Source: a virus (lineage: Duplodnaviria > Caudoviricetes). From it: DNA of 56,547 nucleotides. Where the stretch lies: positions 1 to 56,547 of the IMG/VR virus record IMGVR_UViG_3300003894_000008; one strand, given 5' to 3'. Both the position numbers and the translations under genes were made by a program. Shown piece after piece: positions 38,401 to 45,648 of the stretch (positions are counted from its first letter, which is position 1; each line of letters begins with the position of its first letter). Below the pieces are notes generated by a model, which had not been told where the DNA came from, did not search any database, and worked only from the letters and a program-made list of their open reading frames with translations.

Positions 38401-40825
38401 GTTCGACTGGATGCACAAAGCGCTTGTGGATATTCAGACAGCCAAGACGATTGAAGCTATTAAGAAGTCGAAGCTGAACATCCGCGACAAGGTGGTTGCG
38501 GCAGCTAAAAGGCTCAACGCTGAGATGATGCAGCGCTTGATCAACGAGGACATCGACAAGAACGGTTACGACAAGCTGAACTCTAAGGGTGAAGTCGAGC
38601 GCACCAGCCCCATGAATGAGCAGATGAAGGCTTATAAGCAGCAGATAGCTATGGGCCTGAACTTTGTTGCGCAGGCGCTTGAGGATAATGAGATCCGCAT
38701 CCCTGCACGCTTTGAATCCACTGTCGAGGGCTTGCTCGATAAGGATGCTGAAAGCGGTGGAGAGTTGTTCCCGTTCCTGACATGGCTTCTCGATAACGGA
38801 CTTCCAGGATCTAACGGGGCGGCTGTGGTTTACAAGGCAGTGAACGCAAGGAAAGCTTGGGTTAAGGAGTCTCTGGGATCTGATTACACAAACCCGCTCA
38901 AGATTGATGAGTTGATCGCTCGCGGCCTAGCGCCTGAAGGGTATACGTCCTGGCAACCGGAAGAAGGCAAGATCCTTTACACGGCTCAGACGCTTTCTGA
39001 ACACGCGCAACAGAAGATGTTACGCACGATCATGCAATCGCCTTCGGATTATATGCCGAAAGATATTGCTGATGTTGTAAGCGCTGAACTGAGTGATCAC
39101 CTGACTGAATCATTGGTTGTCGGTGGCGATAAATACAAGCTTATCATTCCAGAAGAACTCGCAGTGACGCTTGACAGTATGCGTGATGTGCCAGCGAGCA
39201 ATGCGCTTTCATACACAACCGGCAAGACGCTTTCAGCTTGGAAGATCTGGACGCTTATCAACCCGCGCCGCGTTATTAAGTACAACCTGAACAACCTGTC
39301 TGGCGACCTTGATGCTGTAATTGCTGGCAATCCTAGCGCACTGAAGCATATGGGGCAGGCGATCCGCGAATTGACGGACGTGATGCTCAAAGGCAATGAG
39401 CCTTCTGCACGCTACCGCGAAGCCGTTGATCGAGGTGTGTTTGATAGCGGCATGTCTATTCAGGAAGTTCCGGACATCTCCTTCCTTGGTGAGTTCGAGC
39501 ATTTGCGCGATCAATCAAATCGGCTCGACAAGCTGAGTGCACGGGCAATCAAGAAGATCTGGCGCGGCATGAAGAAGGGGACTCAATGGCGTGAGAACTG
39601 GTTGCGTTACGCTGCGTATCTCGATTATGCGGAGCGCCTTGAGGCAGGCGAAAGCATGGAATCGGTTGGGTATGGCGCTGCCATTCCTGAGATCGTTGAT
39701 AACGTTCACGACAATAAAGACAAGGCTGCGCTGCTTGCTCGTGAACTGGTTGGCGATTACGGAAATGTTTCTGAAATCGGTCAAGGGCTGCGCCGCCATG
39801 TGATGCCGTTCTATTCGTGGATAGAGATCAACACCAAGCGTTACTGGCGCTTGAACGCGAACGCATGGAGCCAGGGCGTAGCTAAGGGTGCCGCAACATC
39901 AGGCGGTCTGGCTGTCGCGAAAGGCGCACGGTTTACAGCGTGGGCATATATCCGAATGGCAATGGTCTATGGCCTTGTCTCGATGTGGAACAACCTGTTC
40001 TTTGGGGATGAAGAGGAAGAACTGGACGAAGCGGATCGCGTTCGCCTCCACATCAACCTTGGCAAGTGGGACGGCGAGATCCATACGATTAAGTTCCAAG
40101 GCGCATTGTCTGACTTTATGGGCTGGGTTGGCTTCGAAGATGCAATGACAATGTACCTGAAGATTGATGAAGGCAAGGCGGATTGGGGCGATGTCGCGGA
40201 GAAAATATACAAAGCGCCAGTCAATAGGCTGGTCAGTGCGGTACGCCCTGACTTTAAGTTGCCTGTTGAATTGCTTGGCGAAATAAGCTTCTACCCTGAC
40301 GCCTTTGAGCCGAGCAGTCTACGCGATGGATGGCGTCACACCTTCCGCACATTCTCCTTCGAGCATGAGTATGATCTTGTTGCAGGCAAGCCTTCGCGTG
40401 GATATGCGCAGTCCCTGAAGAACACGGTTGTATATACGCGAGATCCCAATGAGGTCGCTTATAATGCCGCACGCAAGCTGGCAATTGATTGGAATCAAGA
40501 GCGCCTTGGGATGTCTGGCAGTGGCGGATACCACACAGAGCGTGGCGATCTGGTTTACCAGATCAAGAAGGCGGTTCGCTTTAAAGATAAGGCTGTACGG
40601 GCTGCGAAGGAGCAGGAGCTTCGTGATCTGATTAAGCGTGATAATGCTAGTGGCCTGCGCAAGCGAACAAGCTTCGAGAAGGTTATTCAGTCATCAGTCA
40701 AAAGGGCGCATCCCCTCTATAGAATCCCGAAAGGTCTGCGCATGACGTACCTGCGAACCCTTTCGAGCGCTGACAGAAGGGCGTTAAACACAGCAATTCA
40801 ATGGTGGGAAAAGGTATATAAATAG
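29432..40825 (+). CDS. giant polyvalent DarB-like protein: amino-methyltransferase, Strawberry-notch SF2 helicase, HExxH domain, LPD-like C-terminus
   Basis: YSTP / EPTAGNG / IANPPF (about 31.6-31.9 kb); GDQTGVGKGR (33818), DESH (34235), SAT, QILGRIHRTGQ; HEIIH (37352). Confidence 0.85.
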   Translation: MANEWEVISAVPFDSEKHSLVESNDPWGIASVEDIAEEPGRITTGVSNFGRGVADIVSGIPKSVSIQHAQNADKALSIFDRMDGGELQQYSPAENDTAFGFELELSRYRSGTPEERAEIRKRVQDARDPRNSDLYKAGKWLDDVVADALPVNEEYQDEFWATKFSRGLGSMVGFTGVGLVGRAAGFGTLATTGTSGMALGSVEGFEDAVRNGASLKEAYESANLNGVVGVSEALPISRMFKRLDDLSGGTVGTAIKEAVKEGTEEAIQEAFQTVMGNVIANNDALGVGYDPDRGTFEGSGEGAAVGFTTGGVVGFITSLVFGRRGGHNAGDETPPPPGIRENAAPAPLTEADHNSPIPDELIQRGNEEIADTDAIASANESLSRSGLPEINTHVDVDLGDGRGASRGVVTDAFEYDDPVDVGEKVAGVTIEMADGRKLHKTASEIAATGIQITPAQEETPVTPSEEDTEATAPEAPVAPEAPMEDATPSDPEPDAAQSIDSDTTPVKPEQTLDDDDPYAPLDDDSLGTDEPMPEEAAQPLEPQLAKGELPIIDDRERQRLENIKAMEEAQKDKPKAIGQNIDGDDIFEDDRGVRHIVRDGFKHTEKVGIKPDGSISVTRDDDTYLTDDERAPAKEEQVKTSASDSVVEHFRAGGKFKNIVEARKFVRERDGELDDKAVEEAVEAGVVKRAREIVAEGNDASETYQRLVDLYSSQPNLNTRTSTSIENQAYSTPAPLAYLASHAAGIDQNTTVYEPTAGNGMLLIGADPSKSTANELNPDRVKSLEGQGFKPSQGDAMEHTPSGKVDVVIANPPFGSVLMDDGKTNKTFPLSGTTTNKIDEAISLRALESMKDDGRAVLIIGSKHGRNVDSTPQEAAIKYRSGRKFFKKLYDGYNVIDHYTVDGKLYNKQGAQWPVDVIVIEGRGGSKLDLPMKTAPQVLKSWDDLRSKLDGSNRLDTAEQQDGDGNDSVTERSEQAPDAGSLQGGAGVANRPDDSEGVSGSGSGNAENNGRAGEPTDGQQPESGRGDTGGEQRPPDVDGGTRNIPNAGDGSGEQSSGPSNDEGGNAGGLSGDSVSVDPFDDIFDSALNEAFGEEVEKTAPKEKPKAGKAAKSAAVETAKGLDDVTAGLAALFGADPNRVNSGLSFDKDTYEKAKPLFIAGVSHFKTAGADVSEMVKALVGHLATVAKLPRETIERMRPYVKQFIEDVKSGVVDLAEKVTPKKKAQAKKEDPYGLTVPEYINVDNVTNRQEILDAEEQTDAREFVAEIVKRKIYENFESYDPESKESKAGIPWFYQVRKKWEDKYDSNADYVSASWEKAPKGADASNSFKGWVLADVLALNQAIKEYRKLTNKRPERKAPEKATDRVNEEVETDFQVQYEPTSQARYAVGTLVPRNMQTAMTSALDELKERVGDIDAYVADKLDYSVDEVVGTDKAPGYFSAEQVDALALAIDNVENGGGFIVGDQTGVGKGRFVAGMLKYAMMQGKTPIFVTKSPGLFADMVRDMRDIGMNDISDRVMVTNNGLRNDKAIPLDADNAEDVLSSMSNAQQKSAMEKIESTGELPDGSDILFTNYSQMQYIKGQDNVRMRAVQALAPNAVIVLDESHLAGGSDAPRRINPETGEAMPTGADFVREVLEEAHGVVYSSATYAKNPAVMSLYFKTDISLGVDNIGDLAETIRAGGVPLQQVVANMLVESGQYARRERSFDGVSIEQRPLPTDHEAADIASDALRNIFTLDKDLMTEAREAFIESFAQAGAEGATDNAVGETGATQTGFSSIMHNVINQMLLALKAEAAVDLAIELHKNGEKPIIALANTNEQIMQDYISDHNIAFGDEINVPFNTVLERYVHRLRRITIKDENDEKQHITMTDEQVAEYGGADALSELKRVEQLVKEANLSHLPGSPIDYIAGRLKKAGVNVGEITGRSIIIEDGRLTKRAGSEAEKKRIMNGYNSGELDSLIINQSGSTGYSMHATDKAGNDGKQRHLIVLQPDGNIDVFMQILGRIHRTGQIKLPNYTIGISDLSVEKRLAAVLMRKMASLNANTTASKDSAVSLKESVDFLNRYGDEIVQEYLTENPEIASMTDMEEKATDGIAAKFTGRLAIIEPEVVEKIYDEIEANYVAHIEALDRMGMNTLEAKTLELDAKTIDEMELVPAVDDGDSPFTGAAVAETVDVKKLGKPFTEEELKAEGEKILDGKSPSDFVDEQIAEIKAKMPPYIETIDKKIDAAEQLGQELMLEADAKAAALAEARGEEYNGVHKSTAKERKASETKALWELNKRTAQAKLNVILDKLEQYKPGKSLRIRVADGENAQYLYAVSLGVNIKGVSHNPTAASSYKVRFAIADSGREITIPLSKIVGEEASYSTEAVDQSTVLGFFRDGFHESRETRQMITGNLLRGYAQFKKGQIVMFTREDGSIEQGILMPKEFDTATELAKQPVEFKAANQVLEFLRDGLNRRVHSKDEVMSFTYERGMYGGAPKWKLQVKTRGGKSYYLNKAVRKLTGDFVKRKGVMSVEIKSENDLRKIFDIYQENLGTRYETKTHKPEARAVTGQEIKGEDKGQEKFSRRDDLRADVLDRLPRIEAELQERLKALGLSGKIALRFVEAIKARNEDGSFSLADGVYHRKLIRIAMDTLDKTFTFNHEIIHALRDLGVLRDMEWRKLEQAALADTQMMDRVRRENEGANLTEEQLIEEAVANMFGERNAQNGGFFKRAMKRISAFFKAVRAAFSKEGYKTAEDIFEGIEEGYVGRRSGKGRGGVADRMAYSRRFEHGVEMPKRDSEARWRDATNGVSDASTLVDRLNEWFDAVIQGFSRHYKHLPNDRRFANVKEQLRKMEAAPQAAKDDIVRMLRDITEGMTPADLDLFTRKVVLEDLLWEAQNDHDLPFGLKDEAGVREALAAVDSALQGRADLQEKLRKRQALSSRIAAAMVEAGVLTKEQVANPSYYRHMVLEHARSQNAFVSDATKKIKSPFWFARKGSKKDINANLLEAEFDWMHKALVDIQTAKTIEAIKKSKLNIRDKVVAAAKRLNAEMMQRLINEDIDKNGYDKLNSKGEVERTSPMNEQMKAYKQQIAMGLNFVAQALEDNEIRIPARFESTVEGLLDKDAESGGELFPFLTWLLDNGLPGSNGAAVVYKAVNARKAWVKESLGSDYTNPLKIDELIARGLAPEGYTSWQPEEGKILYTAQTLSEHAQQKMLRTIMQSPSDYMPKDIADVVSAELSDHLTESLVVGGDKYKLIIPEELAVTLDSMRDVPASNALSYTTGKTLSAWKIWTLINPRRVIKYNLNNLSGDLDAVIAGNPSALKHMGQAIRELTDVMLKGNEPSARYREAVDRGVFDSGMSIQEVPDISFLGEFEHLRDQSNRLDKLSARAIKKIWRGMKKGTQWRENWLRYAAYLDYAERLEAGESMESVGYGAAIPEIVDNVHDNKDKAALLARELVGDYGNVSEIGQGLRRHVMPFYSWIEINTKRYWRLNANAWSQGVAKGAATSGGLAVAKGARFTAWAYIRMAMVYGLVSMWNNLFFGDEEEELDEADRVRLHINLGKWDGEIHTIKFQGALSDFMGWVGFEDAMTMYLKIDEGKADWGDVAEKIYKAPVNRLVSAVRPDFKLPVELLGEISFYPDAFEPSSLRDGWRHTFRTFSFEHEYDLVAGKPSRGYAQSLKNTVVYTRDPNEVAYNAARKLAIDWNQERLGMSGSGGYHTERGDLVYQIKKAVRFKDKAVRAAKEQELRDLIKRDNASGLRKRTSFEKVIQSSVKRAHPLYRIPKGLRMTYLRTLSSADRRALNTAIQWWEKVYK

Positions 40826-41910
40826 TGAGTGACATTGATGCAGCGGCAGAGGCCGTGAGATCTGGGGCGATGTCTCAACGTGCGGCGTCAAAGAAGTATG
40901 ACGTGCCACGTACAACTCTAAGGAGGCACTTAGCGCGTGCTGAGGTTCCTGACGGCTTTATGGTGAAGGGAACAAGCACGCTGGTAGATCCGAATGGAGC
41001 CGTTAAGCTGCAATGGATCAAGATGTCGGCAGATATGGAGCGGCAGAAAGCCATGCTCATGGAAACTGTCGAGGCCATGAAAGAGAGTATGCCACGTATG
41101 AAGCCGGTGAGTGCACCGAAGAAGGCGCTCGATGAACTGGTTAATACATACGTCATTACAGATTTCCACTACGGGATGCTCGCTCATTACCGTGAGGGCG
41201 GGGCCAACTGGGACTTGAAGATCGCAGAGAAAACCCTCCTTGGCTGCTTCTCGCACATGATGGCTGGCGCTCCGAATGCTAAGGTGGGGATCATTGCCCA
41301 GCTAGGGGATTTCCTACATCAAGACAGCATAGCGCCAATGACAGGCACGGTCGGCACCACACACACGGTTGATGCTGACGGACGCTTCTCTAAGATTGTG
41401 AGATCCGCGATTAAGTCTCTTCGTGCCATTGTGGATATGGCGCTGGCAAAGCATGAACGTGTTCACGTCCTGATGGCAGAGGGCAATCACGACCTATCAA
41501 GCAGCATCTGGCTCAGATCGCTATTCGCGGCGCTGTACGAGAACGAGCCGCGAGTAACGATTGATGATTCTGATCTGCCGTTTTACGCATATCAGCACGG
41601 CAACACGATGCTTGCTTTTCATCATGGACATTTGAAAAAGTTTGCCGCACTGACAAACCTTTTCGCCGCTGAGTTCGCCCAGATGTGGGGCGCGACGACA
41701 CACCGTTACGGTCATTGCGGTCACTTACATCACAAAGAATCCAAAGAGGATATGGGGATGACGATCACCCAGCACCGCACGCTCGCTGCAAGGGACTCAT
41801 TCTCTTCGAGGCACGGCTACCACTCGAACAGAGGCGCACAATGCGTCACCTACCATTCCAAGTATGGAGAGGCAGGAACAAACAACGTAACACCGGAGAT
41901 GATTCAATGA
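40825..41910 (+). CDS. calcineurin-like metallophosphoesterase with N-terminal HTH
   Basis: TDFH, GDFLH, GNHD, HHGH, GHLHH; SQRAASKKYDVPRTTL. Confidence 0.8.
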   Translation: MSDIDAAAEAVRSGAMSQRAASKKYDVPRTTLRRHLARAEVPDGFMVKGTSTLVDPNGAVKLQWIKMSADMERQKAMLMETVEAMKESMPRMKPVSAPKKALDELVNTYVITDFHYGMLAHYREGGANWDLKIAEKTLLGCFSHMMAGAPNAKVGIIAQLGDFLHQDSIAPMTGTVGTTHTVDADGRFSKIVRSAIKSLRAIVDMALAKHERVHVLMAEGNHDLSSSIWLRSLFAALYENEPRVTIDDSDLPFYAYQHGNTMLAFHHGHLKKFAALTNLFAAEFAQMWGATTHRYGHCGHLHHKESKEDMGMTITQHRTLAARDSFSSRHGYHSNRGAQCVTYHSKYGEAGTNNVTPEMIQ

Positions 41911-42062
41911 GGGTAGATGAAGTTAAGGTTAAGGATATTCGCGCAGAGCGGGTTGATGGCGTTAAGTCGCTTGTAATCGAAGATGAGATGGAGAGGCAGG
42001 TCATCTTCATACCCGACGAGAAATGGACGGTATTGGTTGACGAAATGGATAAGCTGAGATGA
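41907..42062 (+). CDS. small hypothetical protein
   Basis: ATGA-coupled at both ends. Confidence 0.5.
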   Translation: MRVDEVKVKDIRAERVDGVKSLVIEDEMERQVIFIPDEKWTVLVDEMDKLR

Positions 42063-42493
42063 GTTATTCATTTGGCAAAGCTTCAAGCCGCAGGCTCGCA
42101 ACCTGTCATCGCGATATATTTATGATCGTTAATGTGGTCATCACCAGGACGCCAGTAGATTTCACTGTTGCTGATGGAAGGCGCGGTCGAGTAGCGCAAG
42201 AGGCCGCGTTCGAGGCTGGCAATAGCAAGGCGCGTTACGGTGAGTCTCCGCATAACGCCGCGCCTCTTTCGCTGGCTGTCGATCTGGTGCCGTACATCGA
42301 CGGGCGGCTGGCTTATGAAAACGATGAGGCTTTTGATCAGCTTCACGACTGCGTTCGTGAGGTTGAGGGGGAGTTGTTAAGTGACGATGTGATCACAAAC
42401 CGGCTTGACTGGGGCGGTGACTGGTCAGGCTTTGTAGATAAACCGCACTGGCAGATTCGTGGCTGGCGCAAGATGGTGAAGGAGGCGGCGTAA
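42059..42493 (+). CDS. endolysin, M15-family peptidase
   Basis: SxHN...SLAVD, WGGDW, DKPHWQ. Confidence 0.85.
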   Translation: MSYSFGKASSRRLATCHRDIFMIVNVVITRTPVDFTVADGRRGRVAQEAAFEAGNSKARYGESPHNAAPLSLAVDLVPYIDGRLAYENDEAFDQLHDCVREVEGELLSDDVITNRLDWGGDWSGFVDKPHWQIRGWRKMVKEAA

Positions 42494-42867
42494 TGATCGG
42501 GATTTTAGCAAGCATCCTCGGCAACGGGGATGTTATCAGCAAGGGCATGGAATTGATTGATGATGCCTTTGAAAGCGACGAAGAAAAGCGGGAAAGCAAG
42601 ACCAAGGCGAAGATTGATCTTATGAAGGCGTATGCACCTTTTAAGGTGGCGCAGCGTTATCTGGCTTTGATGTTCGGCTTTACCTATCTGTCCAGCTTCT
42701 TCCTTGTTCTGGGCATGACGCTTTACGGCTCCCCTGTCGAGCATGTATTCGCAGTCCTTGAAGAGTTTCAGGTGGGCTGGATTATGATGGCGATCATTAT
42801 GTTCTACTTCGGCGGTGGCATGGCTGAAAGTTTCGGCAACGCCGGTAAGAAGATGAAAACGAAATGA
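42493..42867 (+). CDS. holin-like membrane protein
   Basis: IDDAFESDEEK, two TM segments, IMFYFGG; follows the endolysin. Confidence 0.7.
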   Translation: MIGILASILGNGDVISKGMELIDDAFESDEEKRESKTKAKIDLMKAYAPFKVAQRYLALMFGFTYLSSFFLVLGMTLYGSPVEHVFAVLEEFQVGWIMMAIIMFYFGGGMAESFGNAGKKMKTK

Positions 42868-42943
42868 AACCCGGCAAGGTCGAACAATGGTATTTAGACA
42901 ACAAAGAAGAAGTCTTGATGCTTCTTCGCAAGGCGCTGTTTAA

Positions 42944-43381
42944 ATGACCTTCCTAGCAGCCCCTCTCCTTGCCCTGTGGCGCTTATCTGATGGTGGGTGG
43001 CACCGTCTGCCCTACGGCTCCAACATCGTCGGCTACGGCCTCTGTGTGGGCTTCTCGTATATGGCTGTTGACCACTGGTTCGGCATCATCGTGGGGCTGC
43101 TTTATGGTCGAGGCTTAACTCAGGGCTACCGAGACTGGAACTCTTTCGACGAACAGATGCTTCGATCTTGGTATGCCTTCGCTGTCGGGGTCGTTTTATT
43201 CGCTTTCGCCACGTATGGCATGTACGATTTCACCTTGTGGATGATGGCTGTTGTTGCCCTGCCGATAATCGGAAATGTCATCCAGCCTTGGTTGCGTAAA
43301 CAGTTTGACGGACATGCTTCGAACCGTGTTGCCGAGACATTCGAAGGCTTCTGCGTGGGGCTGGCTATAGCCTGTCTTTAA
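42944..43381 (+). CDS. multi-pass membrane protein
   Basis: several hydrophobic helices. Confidence 0.65.
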   Translation: MTFLAAPLLALWRLSDGGWHRLPYGSNIVGYGLCVGFSYMAVDHWFGIIVGLLYGRGLTQGYRDWNSFDEQMLRSWYAFAVGVVLFAFATYGMYDFTLWMMAVVALPIIGNVIQPWLRKQFDGHASNRVAETFEGFCVGLAIACL

Positions 43382-43553
43382 GACTTAATCTGGCGGCTTT
43401 TCGATCCCGCCTATTCATTTTCTTTTTAATAGTTTTTGTCACGCCGGGGCGGGAGCAATAGACGAGGATTTTACGCCATTTACTTACAACGTCCCATTCA
43501 TCCCCACCCTTCAGCTTTTGTCTGCGCCCCATCATCGTTATCTTCCTTTTACG

Positions 43554-43877
43554 TTATTTCTGATTAACGTCATCTGATGGTTGCTTTTTATAAACAACGA
43601 ACCAATCAAGCCCGTAAGCGGGGCAGACAAGCAGTTTGTTAGGCATCCCGTTCCTGTCCTTCTCGCCACTTTCGCCACAGATGAAGAAACCGCCTGATTG
43701 TTCAGGAAACGCAGCCTTCAACACGGTGGCTTGCTTGTCACATTTGTCACGCAGCCTTTCGATTTCCTCTTGTGCGTCTAGTAACGCCTTGCGAGTGGCC
43801 TCAGTTCTTTCTTCTTCTCTTTTAAGCATCTGTTCGAGGTAGTCCACTTCAAGATAAAGGTTGCTTCTACCTGTCAT
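43554..43877 (-). CDS. hypothetical protein
   Basis: coiled coil plus FICGE...VCPAYGLD. Confidence 0.6.
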   Translation of the reverse strand: MTGRSNLYLEVDYLEQMLKREEERTEATRKALLDAQEEIERLRDKCDKQATVLKAAFPEQSGGFFICGESGEKDRNGMPNKLLVCPAYGLDWFVVYKKQPSDDVNQK

Positions 43878-44176
43878 CCTTCCTGCTCCGTTTTCTCGGA
43901 CGTTTTCAGGGCGCGGATGGCGTTGATAACGTCGATAACTTTCTTCGACGGCATCTCGCCTTGGTCTGGTCCACCAATTTGCAGGGCCACCTTCGCCGCC
44001 TCTTCCAGCGCCTCGTTCCTGATGGTGTCCCGACAGGCGGCAAGGGCGGCTTTGGCTTGTGCGCGATATTGTATGATCGCGACCTTGAAGTGACGGTCAT
44101 CGACGCCTAAGCCAAACTTATCGGCCTTATGGATAGACTGCATAATCGCTTCTATTAGCTGTTCGTCAGTGGTCAT
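43874..44176 (-). CDS. hypothetical protein
   Basis: NEALEEAAKVA...AIRALK; AGGAG RBS. Confidence 0.6.
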   Translation of the reverse strand: MTTDEQLIEAIMQSIHKADKFGLGVDDRHFKVAIIQYRAQAKAALAACRDTIRNEALEEAAKVALQIGGPDQGEMPSKKVIDVINAIRALKTSEKTEQEG

Positions 44177-44194
44177 CGGGGGTCTCCTTTTTGG

Positions 44195-44374
44195 CTAAAT
44201 AAATTCGGTTTTGCATAAACGACAGACCCATACGAAATCATAGCTAGATGTTGTTCTAACCTCGATCTGGTCTGTATGACATTTCGGGCAGGGACGCCTG
44301 TGGCTCTCCACAAAATCCTTCCGGCGTTCTCCTTGGTGTGCTGCTGCTGCAATATCTAATTTACTTAACTTCAT
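44195..44374 (-). CDS. small Zn-ribbon protein
   Basis: CPKC...CRLC. Confidence 0.5.
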   Translation of the reverse strand: MKLSKLDIAAAAHQGERRKDFVESHRRPCPKCHTDQIEVRTTSSYDFVWVCRLCKTEFI

Positions 44375-44813
44375 CGGGGTTCTCCTCTGCATATGGGCAA
44401 TGCCGCAACGACGGAATATCCGGCGCACACGTCTGGTCTTCCGAGCCGCAGACTGGGCAGGTGATATGGTTCTCCTGTGCCAAGGCACGTAATATCGCAG
44501 CGACCCATGCTCGGCTTGGCGTGGGGGCTTCGCTATAGAATTTTCTGTTGGGCCAGTAGTACACCTTTGCATAGCTTTCTTCTGGCTGGACCTTTATATC
44601 TGCGATCCACTTAGGCAACACCGCATTGTGTATGGTACGGGCTGCGTTAAGAGAGCCGTTAAGGGCATTACGGATTACAGTTCTGTAGGAGGCATCAAGA
44701 TCAAGGACATCCGCTATAACAAAATGCAGCGCCTTTAATTTTCCATCTTTCAGATAACCTACATAGCGTTCACCGGCTTCCACACGATCCGCAAGGGCGT
44801 TAAGGTTTGTCAT
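44361..44813 (-). CDS. hypothetical protein
   Basis: SLNAA..IH..VLP.W...APTPSRAWVAAILRA; GGAGG RBS. Confidence 0.6.
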   Translation of the reverse strand: MTNLNALADRVEAGERYVGYLKDGKLKALHFVIADVLDLDASYRTVIRNALNGSLNAARTIHNAVLPKWIADIKVQPEESYAKVYYWPNRKFYSEAPTPSRAWVAAILRALAQENHITCPVCGSEDQTCAPDIPSLRHCPYAEENPDEVK

Positions 44814-45294
44814 CACCCGCCTCCTTGCCTGTGAAGTACCACACAAGGTCATCGTGCATTTCTTTAAGGAGGGTTGCGTCTTCGGTGGGGAAGTGGATGG
44901 TGCCTTGTTGTTGACTAAACAAGTAACTTCTCCAACGAAGCTGATTGGAGTCATGGTCAAAGTAGACGCACCATTTCTCCTGATTATCATCACCCCAATC
45001 AGGCTTAAACCCGCCAGCCCTCCTACGCAACTCAGCCTCAATCCGTAGGCGTCTGGCGTGGTCAAGGGCTTCCTGTTCGGTGCGGAAGATGTTGCCCATA
45101 GATCGACGGTCTGTATCGAAACCTGCGCCTTCCCATGCGCCTTCCCACCCACGTCCCCATGTATCCAAGTGCCAATATTCATCACCCATTTGAGGCCACG
45201 ACTTCGGTGGGTCTTCCGCTTTACCCTTCAGCTTCTCGATTTCTGCCAACAGGTTGTTGGCGATTTCTTCAAGGTGTTCGATGGGTTGGGTCAT
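44800..45294 (-). CDS. hypothetical phage protein
   Basis: GNIFRTEQEA, FKPDW, QEKW. Confidence 0.65.
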   Translation of the reverse strand: MTQPIEHLEEIANNLLAEIEKLKGKAEDPPKSWPQMGDEYWHLDTWGRGWEGAWEGAGFDTDRRSMGNIFRTEQEALDHARRLRIEAELRRRAGGFKPDWGDDNQEKWCVYFDHDSNQLRWRSYLFSQQQGTIHFPTEDATLLKEMHDDLVWYFTGKEAGDDKP

Positions 45295-45456
45295 TTCTCT
45301 TCCTTCCTTAAACAAATCCATTGAGGGTTCTGGTCCTGGGTCGGCTTCATTTCAGCGCGAGCATGAAAGCAGTCCATGATCGAGTCGTATGCGCCCTTGT
45401 CCTGAGCGACAGGGCCAACATTCGTTAAGGCAATGTAGATAAGAATCCACTTCATA

Positions 45457-45648
45457 TTTTCACCACTCCGTTTTGTAAGTGCCTGATAACACTTGACATT
45501 ATTTAGTGATGAAAAGCGGTGAAAGCGTTGATTTAATTGAAGCTTCTAGCCTTCGGGGCGGTTGCTCCACTCCAATAAAATCAATGACTTAGGGGGCCGT
45601 TTTCACCACTTTCCTTTTTCACCAGTTTTCTAGTAAAGATTCACCACT
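45457..45648. other. attP-like site
   Basis: six TTTCACCACT-like repeats (45457, inverted 45505 and 45515, 45600, 45615, 45639); IHF consensus AATCAAtgacTTA at 45579; immediately 3' of int. Confidence 0.65.

Noticed and set aside
45541-45575. tRNA gene fragment ending in CCA
   Set aside because: No T-loop GTTCRA or cloverleaf; no tRNA gene recognised anywhere in the window.
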